DNA of 64,000 bases, from contig CBDFJQ010000002.1 of assembly GCA_965248575.1 (NCBI GenBank), positions 2,848,001 to 2,912,000 of the forward strand, read 5' to 3'. The position numbers and the translations under genes were made by a program. Position 1 is the stretch's first letter, and each line of letters opens with the position of its first letter. This DNA is from Planctomycetota bacterium. GTDB lineage: Bacteria; Planctomycetota; B15-G4. Shown one piece after another: positions 10,348 to 20,981 of this stretch. The notes beneath the pieces are model-generated. The model saw only the letters and a list, made by a program, of their open reading frames with translations. It was not told where the DNA came from and made no database searches.

Positions 10348-11454
10348 CTAGTCCATGCCCTCGACGGAACCGCCCGAGGGCTTCGGGTTCGGGGTCTCGA
10401 CTTTCTGGCCGAGGCGGCCCAGATCCCCTGTGGCCGCTGGGGACGGAACGACGGTCTCGACTGCTGAGGGCGTTCCCGACTTGCGCCTAACGCCCTGGCC
10501 CGGGCTTCGGCGCAGGGCATCATCGAACACCCGTTGAGCGACAGAACACAGGCGCCGCAACACATCGCTGCGCACGACACGCATCTCCGCGCTGTCCTGG
10601 AAACCACGCATCGAGGCGACAGGCTTCGTGTCCCGGTACTCCTCCACGAGGTTGGCGAACTCGATGTCGCGGGTGCAATCCTCGAGCACGCTCACCAGGC
10701 CCTCTTCGATCCAGCTCGCCCGCTCCACCTCACTCTGCAGCAGGTTGAAGGTGCACTGCACGAAGCGCGCACGATCCACCGCCACCTTCTCGAGGATGTC
10801 CGTCAGATGGCCGGCGGTGCTGTCGTAGGTCGGGAGCGAGCAGTAGAGGTCTTGCAGCTCAAGAATCAGCTCGTTGCTCAGTTTCTCGGAGAGCTCAGGC
10901 CGTTCCAACTCATAGGTCGCGCCCTCCCGGGCGTCGGGGTCGCGCACCTGAAGCATGAGCCATTGGATGGTGGCGTCCGTGCGCTCGATCTCGGACTCGA
11001 GCTTCCCGATGGCCTGGAACAAGCGCACCCGGGAGCGGAGCGTCCCGAGCCGACTCGGGCTCATGTTGGCCAGATCGATGGCGCTCTGCAGGCGGAAGCC
11101 CGCGTTGTGCGGCAGGCCCTGGATGAGACGCCCCGAGCCCACCTCGACGCGCTCCAGGAAGAACATCCAGGGCCCCTTCCGCCTGGGCTCAGCTCCGGGC
11201 CCCCACCAATCCAACACCCGCACGCTCTTGGGCACGTTCGTCTTGATCTCAACACCTTGCCACGCGTCATCGATCTTCAAGGAAGCGACGACGGAAGTGG
11301 GAAGCATGACGGCTTGCTCCTCCTTCACCGAATCCACTCGGCCCACCAGCACCACATCTGCGGACTCGAGATTCGAGCGCAGCATGAAGTAGGGATCCCC
11401 GCCAGGCACGACGGTGCCCAGCATGAGAACGCCGGCGATCAGCAACGAGATCAA
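10348..11454 (-). CDS. Hypothetical exported protein
   Basis: 368-aa ORF with a hydrophobic N-terminus; ADVVLVGRV beta-domain followed by a helical region. Confidence 0.55.
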   Translation of the reverse strand: MISLLIAGVLMLGTVVPGGDPYFMLRSNLESADVVLVGRVDSVKEEQAVMLPTSVVASLKIDDAWQGVEIKTNVPKSVRVLDWWGPGAEPRRKGPWMFFLERVEVGSGRLIQGLPHNAGFRLQSAIDLANMSPSRLGTLRSRVRLFQAIGKLESEIERTDATIQWLMLQVRDPDAREGATYELERPELSEKLSNELILELQDLYCSLPTYDSTAGHLTDILEKVAVDRARFVQCTFNLLQSEVERASWIEEGLVSVLEDCTRDIEFANLVEEYRDTKPVASMRGFQDSAEMRVVRSDVLRRLCSVAQRVFDDALRRSPGQGVRRKSGTPSAVETVVPSPAATGDLGRLGQKVETPNPKPSGGSVEGMD

Positions 11455-11559
11455 GACGCGTGAGGCCTCCGGAGGGGACGGAGCACGGCAAGGCGTCCGG
11501 AGTCGAAGAGCATCGACTCACAGAGAGGAGAAGAGGGGCCGCCCGGCCGGGCCTTGATC

Positions 11560-12168
11560 CTACGCTGGAGGCAGCGATCCCGCAGGCCCCAAGCCAGACT
11601 CCCGCAGAAAACCCTCCAAGACGGCGCCGCCGTGCTCGGTGAGGATTGACTCAGGATGGAACTGGAGGCCGAAGCGCGGCAGTTCGCGATGCCGGACACC
11701 CATCACCAGGGCGTCCCCCTGCCCATCGTCGGTCCAGGCCGTGAGGCGCAAGCAGCGGGGTAGATCCGCCCGTCGCGCCCTCAGGGAGTGATATCGCCCC
11801 GCCTTGAAGGGGTTGGGGATCCCGTCGAAGGAGGAGTCCTCGTGATGGACGGGGGACGCTTTGCCATGAGCGGGAAGGGGATCCTGCTCGAGGGCCCCGC
11901 CGTAGTGCTCCACCAGCGCCTGATGCCCGAGGCAGACACCCAGGAGCGGCAATTCTTCGGGCAGCCTGCGCAGCAACTCGGGGCAGATGCCCGACGCTCG
12001 CGGATGCCCCGGGCCCGGCCCCAAGACCACGGCCTCGGGGGAGCACTGCAGCACATCCTCAACACTCAACGCGTCATTGCGCTGAACGTCCACGTCCCGA
12101 CCCAACATCGAGAGGGCCTGGAACAGATTCCAAGTGAAGGAATCGTAGTTGTCCACGAGCAGGATCAT
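11560..12168 (-). CDS. trpG: Anthranilate/aminodeoxychorismate synthase glutamine amidotransferase subunit
   Basis: MILLVDNYDSFT, LGPGPGHP, LGVCLGHQ, RYHSL, GLQFHPES. Confidence 0.9.
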   Translation of the reverse strand: MILLVDNYDSFTWNLFQALSMLGRDVDVQRNDALSVEDVLQCSPEAVVLGPGPGHPRASGICPELLRRLPEELPLLGVCLGHQALVEHYGGALEQDPLPAHGKASPVHHEDSSFDGIPNPFKAGRYHSLRARRADLPRCLRLTAWTDDGQGDALVMGVRHRELPRFGLQFHPESILTEHGGAVLEGFLRESGLGPAGSLPPA

Positions 12169-12243
12169 GCCGCGACCTCGACACCGCGCGAACGCGGTCG
12201 CCTAGCCCGAGAACTGGCCTGACACGGACGGGCCCGCGCGACT

Positions 12244-12528
12244 TCAGGCGTTCTTTGCAGCCGCCTGACGGGCCACCAGGGCCTTGCGCCGTGCCGCCGT
12301 GTTGGCGTGCAGGATGTTGGCCTTCGCGGCCTTGTCGATGCGCTTGTAAGCATGGCTCACGGCGGCTTCGAGGGCCTTGTCGGCACCGTCTTCACCGGCG
12401 CCGGCTGCCGTCGCGGCTGTCTGCACGCGACGCATGGCCGTCCTCACGGCGGACGACTTGGTCCGGTTGAGCAGGCGCTTCTTCGCGTCCTGGCGCACAC
12501 GCTTCTTGGCGGACTTGCTGTTGGGCAT
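12244..12528 (-). CDS. rpsT: 30S ribosomal protein S20
   Basis: MPNSKSAKKRVRQ...IDKAAKANILHANTAARRK. Confidence 0.97.
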   Translation of the reverse strand: MPNSKSAKKRVRQDAKKRLLNRTKSSAVRTAMRRVQTAATAAGAGEDGADKALEAAVSHAYKRIDKAAKANILHANTAARRKALVARQAAAKNA

Positions 12529-12606
12529 CAGAGTGGTCCGGGGCCTGGGGCCGCCGGGTCCTATTCAGTTCGGCTCGTTTGTACGGTCAATCCAGTACGT
12601 TCACAG

Positions 12607-13758
12607 TCACGTCGTCAGCTCGGCGATCTTCGCGGCCACATCCCTGTGTTGGATGTCGACCTCGTAGACCTCCATGAAGCGGTTGAGGGCTCCTGAACTG
12701 TCTCCCTCTCGCTCACAGACGAGCCCCAGACTGTAGCAGATCTCCTTGCCCCGGTCGCCACCCCCCGCGCCCCCGGCGCTGAGCAGCGCGGTCTCCAACT
12801 GGCGGCGAGCCAGGGGCAGCAAGCCCTTCCGAGCGAAGCAGGCCCCCAAACCCGCCCTTGCCTCCAGCTCCAGCCGGGGGTCCTTCACGACAGCCTGGAA
12901 TTGCTCGATGGATCGATCCGTCTGCCCTGCCCGGAGCCAGGCCCGGGCCAGAGACAAGCGCAGGGCGGTCTCCGCCGGGTTCTCGGCCACACGACGGCTG
13001 AACTCCTCGACCCGGGCCTCGGCCGCGGCCAGCTCCTGGGTGTCCAAATCGGTGTGAGTCAGGGCCCAGCAGAGGTCGAAATCCTCAGCATCTCCAGCAG
13101 CCTGGGAGTCCTCAGGAGCCTCGGCCACGCGCTCGCCGAGCGGGGGCGCTGGCTGCTGCTGGGGCACGGCCAGCTCCCGGGATGAACGGGCCGTCTCGTA
13201 GCGGGTTGCCGCCAGGCTGCCCTCCGCGGCGAGCGTCTTTCGCAGGCGCTGCACCTCGCCGTCCTGGGGGGCCAAAGCGTGGGCCTGCTCCAGGCAACGC
13301 AGCGCCTCATCCATCTGGCGCAAGCGGTAGTGCAAGCTGCCTGCGGCCTTGAGCGCATCGACATCACCCTCGTCGAGCTGAAGCCGGTGCCTCCACACGG
13401 CCAGCGCTTCCTCGGGTCGTTCCAGCGCTTCCAGGGCATCGGCCAGGCAGCTCGCGAGATAGGCATCCGCGGGGTCCTTCTCCAGGCCCGCATCGCAGGT
13501 CTTCACCTGGGCCGTCCACTTCTTGGCGCCTGCCAGACCTGCTGCCGCGGCGCGCAAGGACTTGGCGGCCGCTCGATCCAAGAGCGACGCCCCTCCTTTG
13601 AGTTCCAGCCGCCGACGGTAGGCCGCCAGGAGCCCCGCCCGGGCATCCCCCAGGCCAGGAGACGCCACCAACACCTGCCTGTAGAGAGCAGCAGCCTGGG
13701 CCGGGTTGCGCTTGCGCAGCGCCTGCTCGGCCTTCGCGAGAAAGCGGGTGACGTCCAT
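12607..13758 (-). CDS. Tetratricopeptide repeat protein
   Basis: Repeated TPR-like helices; C-terminal KEICYSLGLVCE...VYEVDIQHRDV. Confidence 0.75.
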   Translation of the reverse strand: MDVTRFLAKAEQALRKRNPAQAAALYRQVLVASPGLGDARAGLLAAYRRRLELKGGASLLDRAAAKSLRAAAAGLAGAKKWTAQVKTCDAGLEKDPADAYLASCLADALEALERPEEALAVWRHRLQLDEGDVDALKAAGSLHYRLRQMDEALRCLEQAHALAPQDGEVQRLRKTLAAEGSLAATRYETARSSRELAVPQQQPAPPLGERVAEAPEDSQAAGDAEDFDLCWALTHTDLDTQELAAAEARVEEFSRRVAENPAETALRLSLARAWLRAGQTDRSIEQFQAVVKDPRLELEARAGLGACFARKGLLPLARRQLETALLSAGGAGGGDRGKEICYSLGLVCEREGDSSGALNRFMEVYEVDIQHRDVAAKIAELTT

Positions 13759-13832
13759 GGTCTCGCACGTTATCACGAGCCCCGTCCCCGGTGACGTGCA
13801 TGCCCCAGGCACTGTGCGATACTCTGCGCCCC

Positions 13833-14342
13833 ATGGAACTGCGCATCTACCCCGACCCCGTTCTGCTCAAGCGCTCCGACCCCGTCGACGTCTTCGATGA
13901 GGAGCTGCAACAGAAGATCTCCGAGATGTGGGAGATCATGTACGAGAAGGGAGGCGTCGGCCTCGCCGCTCCTCAGGTGGGTTGGGCCGCGCAGCTGCTG
14001 CTCATGAACCCCAGCGGCGACAAGGACGATAAGCAAGCCGAACGCGTCGTCATCAACCCCAAGGTGGTCAAGTCCTGGGGGCGCTCCAAGGACACCGAGG
14101 GCTGCCTGTCCTTCCCCGAGATCGTCGTGGATGTCACCCGCAAAGCGGGCGTGCGCCTGCAATGGCAGGACGAAACCGGCGCGCAGCACGAGGAGGACAT
14201 CAACGAGTTCCCTGCCCGCGTCGTGCAGCACGAGATGGATCACCTGGAAGGGGTCTTGCTGGTGCACCGCATGAGCCCCGTCGATCGCATCCGGTATCGC
14301 CATGAGCTCGAGGAGCTCAAGGCCATGCTCGCCAGCGATTAG
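13833..14342 (+). CDS. def: Peptide deformylase
   Basis: GVGLAAPQVG, EGCLS, QHEMDHLEG. Confidence 0.96.
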   Translation: MELRIYPDPVLLKRSDPVDVFDEELQQKISEMWEIMYEKGGVGLAAPQVGWAAQLLLMNPSGDKDDKQAERVVINPKVVKSWGRSKDTEGCLSFPEIVVDVTRKAGVRLQWQDETGAQHEEDINEFPARVVQHEMDHLEGVLLVHRMSPVDRIRYRHELEELKAMLASD

Positions 14343-14359
14343 CCCGGGGCGCCCGCAAC

Positions 14360-15358
14360 GTGCAGCGTCACTCCATCCGGTCGCTGGACGAGTTGCAACT
14401 CTCCCTGCCCAGCTCCGTCGTCACGGTCGGTGTCTTCGACGGCTTGCATCTGGGCCACCAGAGCATTCTCGACCGCCTGTTTTCAGCGGCCGCGCTGCGG
14501 GAAGCCCCCAGCGTGTGCGTCACCTTCTCGGTGCACCCCAAGGCGGTGCTGACCGGCAAATCGCCGCAGCACATCCTTTCCTTGGAACACCGCCTCGAAC
14601 TCATCGAAGCCCGGGGCGTGGACATCGCCGTAGTGATCGAGTTCGGTCCTGAGATCGCGCAGGTCGAAGCAGAGGACTTCGTCGAGACGCTGCTGGTGCG
14701 CAAGCTGGGCATGGCGGAGCTCATCATCGGGCACGACACCACCTTCGGGCGCGACCGGCGCGGCGACGCCGAACTGCTGGTGACCCTCGGCCTGCGTCAC
14801 GGGTTCAAGGTGGTCACCATGGGACAGGTCATCGTGGATGGGCAGCCCGCTTCGTCCACCGCGGTGCGCCAAGCCATCTCCTCCGGAGACCTGCAGACCG
14901 CGCGCCGATTGCTCGGTCGCCCCGTGTCACTCCTGGGCCGAATCGTGCACGGCGACGGGCGCGGCGCGACCATCGGCTTCCCCACGGCCAACTTGGAAGT
15001 CACCAGCGAGGCCTTCCCGCCCCTGGGTGTCTACGCGGTCACGGCCGTCTGCGAGGACGGGCACTTCGCAGGGGTCATGAACTACGGCACGCGCCCCACT
15101 TTCCGTCAGGACGACCAGCGGGCGGTGTTCGAGGTCCACTTGCTGGGCCGCACCCGAGCCCCTGAAGCCACCCAGCCCCACTCCGACACGCTCGGGACCC
15201 TGGACCTCTACGGCCAACGCATGGAGGTTTCGCTGCACAGCTACCTGCGCCGGGAGCAGCGCTTCGAATCCCCGGAAGCGCTCGTGGCCCAGATCGGCCG
15301 GGACATCGCCCAGGCCCGGCAGGCGCTGCGGCTCGACCACGGCAGCCCGCCGGACTGA
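14360..15358 (+). CDS. ribF: Bifunctional riboflavin kinase/FAD synthetase
   Basis: GVFDGLHLGH, SSTAVR, GRGATIGFPTAN, NYGTRPTF, FEVHL, LRREQRF. Confidence 0.95.
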   Translation: MQRHSIRSLDELQLSLPSSVVTVGVFDGLHLGHQSILDRLFSAAALREAPSVCVTFSVHPKAVLTGKSPQHILSLEHRLELIEARGVDIAVVIEFGPEIAQVEAEDFVETLLVRKLGMAELIIGHDTTFGRDRRGDAELLVTLGLRHGFKVVTMGQVIVDGQPASSTAVRQAISSGDLQTARRLLGRPVSLLGRIVHGDGRGATIGFPTANLEVTSEAFPPLGVYAVTAVCEDGHFAGVMNYGTRPTFRQDDQRAVFEVHLLGRTRAPEATQPHSDTLGTLDLYGQRMEVSLHSYLRREQRFESPEALVAQIGRDIAQARQALRLDHGSPPD

Positions 15359-15370
15359 GGGGGGGGCGCG

Positions 15371-15446
<76 letters not shown>

Positions 15447-15523
15447 GCGCGTCACGCAGACGAGCGAGCGGGCAGTGTGGTGAAAGCCCGCGTGACGATC
15501 AAGGCCCTGGTCCGGTCCCAGGC

Positions 15524-18445
15524 TCAGCGCTCGGGGAGATCCTCGATGTCGCTGTCGTCGAGGGACTCCGGCTCGGCGTCCTTGCCACTGGTGAGGCTTT
15601 CATCCAGACCGTTGGCCGAGGCCTGCAGCTGGCTCTCGAGCTGGTCGGCTTCGGCCCGCACGAGGTCACCGGCCTGGCGCTGGGTCTCGAGGATGGCCGC
15701 GAGCATGTCTCCTGCCTGCTGGAACTGGCTCCGCGCTTCCTCGCGCGTGCTGCGCACCCTCTTGAGCATCTGTGCGTGGTCGTCCCGGGCGGTGCTCAAC
15801 CGCGCCAGCACGTCGTCCAGCTTGATCTGCGCCTCGTCTCGACGCAGCACGAGCTGGGCCTCCTGCTCGGTGCAGGTTTCCACGCGCTTCCGGCACCCGC
15901 TTTCCTCAGTGTCGAGGGCTTGGATGCGCAAGCTGGCGGACTGCTCCAGTTCGGCGAGTTGTTGCTCGGCGATCTCCCGTGCGGCGCGAGCCTCGCGCAC
16001 CGCGATCAAGTTGCGCTCGGTGGTTTCGCGTGTGGACGCCAGACCGCTCTCCGCCTCGGCGAGTTCGGCCGCAGCCTTCTCGCGGGCGAGCCCGAGGCCC
16101 TCGATCTCCGACTCCAGGCCCTCGACCCGGTTCGAAAGAACACCTTCCCGCTCCTGCAGATGGGCCCGACGCTCGACGGCCTGCTCTTCGGCCTTGTCCA
16201 GTTCGAGACGCACCTCGGTCAGACGCAGCTCCAGATCGACGCGCGCCTGCTCGAAGCCCCGGATGCGCGTCTCGGTGCTCTCGACGAGTTCGTCGTGCAC
16301 ACCCCGCGCTCGGGTCACGGCCTCGGTGACCTCCTTCAGCTGGGCCTCGTGGAATGCGAGGTCCGTGGCGAGGTCTTCCAGGCGCGACTCTTCGCGAGCC
16401 ACCGCGCCGCGCTGCTCGGCCAAGCAAGACTGGGCAGTCTCGGTGCTCTCAAGCAGCTGGGCCTCCAGGCCCTGGAGTTCGTCGACGGCCGCTTGCAGCC
16501 GAACGCGATCCACTTCCACCGAAGCGTAGGAGGCGCGCAAGGCCTGCTCGCGCTCCCCCAAGCTCTCGAGGCGGAGTTCGAACTCGGCGTTCTCCTGCAC
16601 GAGCCGGTCGTTCTCCTGCTGGACCCGCTTGAGCAGCTTGCCCTGTTGTTCCTGGGTGGCCTCGAGAGCTGCCTCGGCCGTACGCAGTTCCTGGCGCACC
16701 GACTCCAGCTGGGCGCTGGTCGCTTCGTGCGCCTGCTCCACTTCCTGGGTGCGGGCGACGGTCGCCACGAAGGTCCGTTCGGCTTCCGCCCGCTGGGCGC
16801 CCATGGAGTCGAGGGCCGCTTGATGATCGGCGCGCTCGTGGTCGGCCGCCGCTCGCTGCGCTTCCAGGGAAGCATCGGCGGCTTCCTGGCGCGATGCGAG
16901 CTCGGTGGCCAGGGCCGCGAGCTGGGCGTCGACCTCATCCTGGGCCATCTGGCGCAGCGTGAGAACGTCGGCCTCGGCAGCTTCCCGCTTGGTCTGGATG
17001 TCCTCGGCCGTTGCCTCCCGCAAGGCCTGGACGTCGGCCGAAGCCGCCTGGCGCTGGGCGTTCTGCTCTGATTCAGCCTGGGCGCGCAGGGCTTCGATGT
17101 CCGCCTCGGCAGTTTGGCGCTTGGAGAGGCTCTCGGCCGACCCGGCCTGACGCAGGGCCTGTGTTTCGGCCTCCGCCTCCGCACGCTGGGCCTGCACGTC
17201 AGCGTGAGCGCTCGCCCGCAGCGTCTCGAGTTCTTCCGTGGCCGTGGCGTGCAGGGCCTCGACCTCGCCCTGAGCATCCTTGCGTAGGGCGTCGATCTCC
17301 TGCTGCGCGGCATCACGCAATGCCTGAACGGCTTCGCGGGTCTCGCGGCGGGTGGCTTCTGCTGCCGACTGGGAGCCGCTGCGTAGAGCCTCGACCTCCG
17401 CCTCGATCTCCCCGCGCCGGTTGGCGATCTCCGTCTCGCTCTCCTCACGCAGCGCTCGGTCCTCGTCCGCCTGACGCGCCGAGTCTTCCCGCAGCTGCTG
17501 GAGTTCCTGCTGTTGCTCGGCGAGACGCTGCTCGGCGAGCTGCAGCTGGGTGCGCACTTCGTCGGCACGCTGGGTGACCTGGTCGAGCTCCTGCTCGGCA
17601 GCTTCCCGCTGCTGGCTCAAACCCTCGACAAGCTGCTGGCTGTCCTCACGCGTGGCGTGCAGGGCTTCTAGCTCGTGAATCACCTCGGCCCGTCGCAGCT
17701 CAGCTTCGCGAGAGGCCTCTTCGAGACCCTCGGCACGGGTGACGAGCTGCGTGCAGCGTTGCTCCAGCTCCTGCTCCCGGGACGCGAGTTCGATCTTCCG
17801 CTCAGCGAGGCGCTCCGTGACGACGTCCACCTGGGCCAAGGTGCGCGCGAGGCCCGACTCGGCCTCCTGCACACGGGCTTCGGAGTCGCGCTCGCGATCT
17901 TCGGCCTGCTTCAGTCGCAGGGACGCTTCCGACGGAAGGTCCACGCCCCGATCGCCGTCCAGGGAGACGCCCAGGCCCGCGGCGAGTGCCGCTTCGCGCC
18001 CAGCGCCGGGCTCGACGCCCAAGCCCGCGCCTCGGTCTTCGGCGGCTCGTGCCTGCTCGACTTCGACATCCGCGGCCTTTCGATAGCCGGAACGCCGCTT
18101 CTCGGCAGTGCGTTGGCCACGCTTGGCCTTCTTGCCCTGCTTCTTGGTCGAGCGTGGCGGCTTCGCCGGAGAGGAGGTCGCCGTCCCGGTCTCCGTGGAG
18201 CCGCCATCAGCTCCAGCGGACACCGGGACGGCGGCCTGACCTGCAACGACGGGTTCTTCCTGCCGGCTGAGCTCTTCTTGGCCCTGTGCCGACGCATCGG
18301 CCTCTAGGGTGTCAAGGGCGTCACCCGGAAACGTGATGACAAAGGAGCCTCCGCATGCACGACAGCGGGCGCGACGGCCTCGGAATGCGTCCGCGACCTT
18401 GAATGTCCGTTCGCAGTGAGTGCAAGCAGTGACGCTGGTGGCCAT
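15524..18445 (-). CDS. Zinc-ribbon plus long coiled-coil protein with an 11-residue repeat block
   Basis: N-terminal CTHC...CRAC, a basic linker, then a long A/E/Q/R/L-rich helical region. Confidence 0.8.
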   Translation of the reverse strand: MATSVTACTHCERTFKVADAFRGRRARCRACGGSFVITFPGDALDTLEADASAQGQEELSRQEEPVVAGQAAVPVSAGADGGSTETGTATSSPAKPPRSTKKQGKKAKRGQRTAEKRRSGYRKAADVEVEQARAAEDRGAGLGVEPGAGREAALAAGLGVSLDGDRGVDLPSEASLRLKQAEDRERDSEARVQEAESGLARTLAQVDVVTERLAERKIELASREQELEQRCTQLVTRAEGLEEASREAELRRAEVIHELEALHATREDSQQLVEGLSQQREAAEQELDQVTQRADEVRTQLQLAEQRLAEQQQELQQLREDSARQADEDRALREESETEIANRRGEIEAEVEALRSGSQSAAEATRRETREAVQALRDAAQQEIDALRKDAQGEVEALHATATEELETLRASAHADVQAQRAEAEAETQALRQAGSAESLSKRQTAEADIEALRAQAESEQNAQRQAASADVQALREATAEDIQTKREAAEADVLTLRQMAQDEVDAQLAALATELASRQEAADASLEAQRAAADHERADHQAALDSMGAQRAEAERTFVATVARTQEVEQAHEATSAQLESVRQELRTAEAALEATQEQQGKLLKRVQQENDRLVQENAEFELRLESLGEREQALRASYASVEVDRVRLQAAVDELQGLEAQLLESTETAQSCLAEQRGAVAREESRLEDLATDLAFHEAQLKEVTEAVTRARGVHDELVESTETRIRGFEQARVDLELRLTEVRLELDKAEEQAVERRAHLQEREGVLSNRVEGLESEIEGLGLAREKAAAELAEAESGLASTRETTERNLIAVREARAAREIAEQQLAELEQSASLRIQALDTEESGCRKRVETCTEQEAQLVLRRDEAQIKLDDVLARLSTARDDHAQMLKRVRSTREEARSQFQQAGDMLAAILETQRQAGDLVRAEADQLESQLQASANGLDESLTSGKDAEPESLDDSDIEDLPER

Positions 18446-18573
18446 CGGCCGTCTCCTTTCACGCCAGGAACGAAGCGCGCAAACGAAACATACCGAACAA
18501 AACGCACGGTTCCATCACGCGTCTGGCTGCAACACGAGAAGATGTTGGGCGTCTCAAGCCGTGAGCAATTGCT

Positions 18574-19917
18574 CTAGCGAATGCTGCCGGTGCGGCGATG
18601 CTCCCGGCGCATCACTTCCGGGTCGGCGAGTCGACCGCAGATGGCGCTGGCCGCCGCCACGGAAGGCCCTGCGAGGATGTCCCTCGGCGTTGTGGCCACA
18701 GTGGCGACGCGACGCTCCCCACGATCCGTTTCATGGGCCGTGCCACCCGCCGGCAGCAGGATCGCTCCGGCCCTCAGATAGGCGCTGACCAAACCCTCTT
18801 CCACGGCGTGCAGCAGGGTTCGCCGGGATGCAGGCAGAACGTAGAAGCGCAGGCCGGGCTGGATCCTCCGCTCCCGGATCACGTCAGCCGCCTCGCGCAG
18901 TACGGTGAGGGAGCCGGCGACGACCACCTCGTCCACGGTGGGCGAATCGTCCTGGTCCGTCTTCACCAGGGAACCGTCCAGACGCGCCACCAGCCCGAGG
19001 CGTTGGCCCTTCAGGACCAGATCGGCCGAAGTGCCTGGGGTTTCAGGAGATGTGTCCGCTGGGCTGGCTGCCTCGGAAGGCTCAACCTTGGGTGTCAACT
19101 GGCGCGCCGCCAGCCAGACCCTTGTTGCGGTGTCCGGCGGCACCAAGGCCACGAATCCCTCCCGTGCCAGGGACGCACACAGGGTCATGCGCTGGTCGAT
19201 ATCGAAGTCCATGACGCCTCGGCCACCCAGCTCGAGCACCTTGCCGGCGGCAGCAACCTGATGGGTGCCTCTCAGCTCCTGCACCAGGTGCAGGGCCAGC
19301 TCATGTGGGCCAGCCCAGCGCGGCAATCGTCCGTCGATCTTGACCCGGAAGCTGCCTGGAGCCTGGACGGTCACCGTCTCGTGGCGCAGCAGGCGGAGCA
19401 ATTCGTCCGGCTGGCCCCTGAGCACCAAGGCCCCCAAGCCACCCAGGCCGCCCACGTCAGGGGAGGTGCCCACGACCACGTCGTCGCAGCCCACCCAGCC
19501 CTCTTCGGCGGCCACAAGGCCGGGCCAGCCCATGCGCGCCGGGTCGAAACACAGGGTCGCCCCGTGCTGCCCCGCGAAGTGGGTCACGATGCGCCGGCGC
19601 GAGGCCGGGCATTCAGGGTCAGCCACGAACAGGAAGCGTTCCACGTGGCGCGGCCGCCCCGCCGTGGAGCGCTTGCGATCCGCCACGAGCACATCGGCCG
19701 CGGCGCCGTCGAGCACGATGCGGTCCGGCGCGACGTGCACGGCGCTGCCGGGCTGCAGGCCGGGCCGATCCCCATGGGCCGCCAGCAGACTCAGCGCGCG
19801 GGACTCGATCTTCGGACCTGCAGCCTCATCACCGCCCTGATAGCCGCCCTTGTGGCCGCTCTGGTAGTCAGGGGTGCCCTTGTGGCCGCCCTGGCCGTCC
19901 GTCGGCTTGTCGGCCAT
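18574..19917 (-). CDS. Degenerate LeuC/aconitase-family large-subunit homolog lacking Fe-S cysteines
   Basis: LeuC-like segments GKVLELGG, RMTLC, VLPASR, AGAILL, AAASAICG. ATG 19917 overlaps the leuB stop (TGATG). Confidence 0.7.
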   Translation of the reverse strand: MADKPTDGQGGHKGTPDYQSGHKGGYQGGDEAAGPKIESRALSLLAAHGDRPGLQPGSAVHVAPDRIVLDGAAADVLVADRKRSTAGRPRHVERFLFVADPECPASRRRIVTHFAGQHGATLCFDPARMGWPGLVAAEEGWVGCDDVVVGTSPDVGGLGGLGALVLRGQPDELLRLLRHETVTVQAPGSFRVKIDGRLPRWAGPHELALHLVQELRGTHQVAAAGKVLELGGRGVMDFDIDQRMTLCASLAREGFVALVPPDTATRVWLAARQLTPKVEPSEAASPADTSPETPGTSADLVLKGQRLGLVARLDGSLVKTDQDDSPTVDEVVVAGSLTVLREAADVIRERRIQPGLRFYVLPASRRTLLHAVEEGLVSAYLRAGAILLPAGGTAHETDRGERRVATVATTPRDILAGPSVAAASAICGRLADPEVMRREHRRTGSIR

Positions 19918-20981
19918 CAGGCCAATGCCGATGCGAGCAAGTCGCCGATCTCGGACGTGGACTGCACACCCGCCGAGAGGGACTTGATCACGTTCTCCTG
20001 CAAGAGGCGTGACACGGTGGCTTCGATCTCCTGGGACGCCTCCATGTGACCCAAGTGGTCGAGCATCATGGACACCGCCATGACCGTGGCCACGGGGTTG
20101 GCGACGTTCTGGCCCGTGTACTTGGGCGCGCTGCCATGAATCGGCTCGAAGAGCGAGACCTGGCCGGGGTGGATGTTGCCGCTGGCGGCGACGCCTAGCC
20201 CGCCCTGAATCATGGCGCCCACGTCGGTGATGATGTCGCCGAAGAGGTTCGTGGTGACGGCCACGTCGAACCACTCGGGGTTCTTCACCATCCACATGCA
20301 GGCGGCGTCGATGTAGGCGTGGTCCTGCTCGATGTCCGGGTACTCCTCGCCCACCTCGGCCATGGTGCGGGTCCAGAGATCCTGGGCGCGCACGGCGTTC
20401 GCCTTGTCGATCATCAGCAGCTTTTTGCTGCGGTTGCGCTTGCGGGCCAGGTCGTAGGCGTAGCGGATCACGCGCTCGGTGCCCTTACGGGTGTAGCGCA
20501 TGGGTTGGCTGGCCACCTCGTCGGGCGTGCCCTTGTTGGTGAACTCCGGCTGCGCGGTGTAGGCGTCCTCGGTGTTCTCCCGGACGATGACCATGTCCAC
20601 GTCCGCGGGCGTCTTGCCCTTGAGAGGGCAGAGGCGTTCGTCGTAGAGCTTCACCGGGCGCAGGTTCACGAACAGGTCGAGGCCCACGCGCATGCGCATG
20701 ATCACGCCGTGCTCCACCAGGCCCACGGGTGCGCGGGGATCGCCGATGGCGCCCAGAATCACCGCGTCCATGCCTTGGATGTCCTTGAAGGCGGAGTCGG
20801 GCAGGGTCTCGCCGCCGTTCGTGCCGCCTGTCGCCAACCAGCGGTCCGTGCCGAAGGGGTACTCCACCGTCTCGTAGGCGATGTCGTGCTTGGCGGCCAC
20901 GGCCTCCAGCACGCGCAAACCTGCGGCGACGACTTCGGGTCCGATGCCATCGCCAGCGACGACCGCGATCTTGTGGGACAT
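19917..20981 (-). CDS. leuB: 3-isopropylmalate dehydrogenase family enzyme
   Basis: [41 protein letters not shown]. Confidence 0.85.
   Translation of the reverse strand: MSHKIAVVAGDGIGPEVVAAGLRVLEAVAAKHDIAYETVEYPFGTDRWLATGGTNGGETLPDSAFKDIQGMDAVILGAIGDPRAPVGLVEHGVIMRMRVGLDLFVNLRPVKLYDERLCPLKGKTPADVDMVIVRENTEDAYTAQPEFTNKGTPDEVASQPMRYTRKGTERVIRYAYDLARKRNRSKKLLMIDKANAVRAQDLWTRTMAEVGEEYPDIEQDHAYIDAACMWMVKNPEWFDVAVTTNLFGDIITDVGAMIQGGLGVAASGNIHPGQVSLFEPIHGSAPKYTGQNVANPVATVMAVSMMLDHLGHMEASQEIEATVSRLLQENVIKSLSAGVQSTSEIGDLLASALA

Noticed and set aside
15524..18445. SMC chromosome segregation protein
   Set aside because: No Walker A/B, signature motif or hinge.
18574..20295. 573-aa version of the LeuC-like ORF
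   Set aside because: The extension overlaps leuB out of frame; ATG 19917 gives a TGATG coupling.
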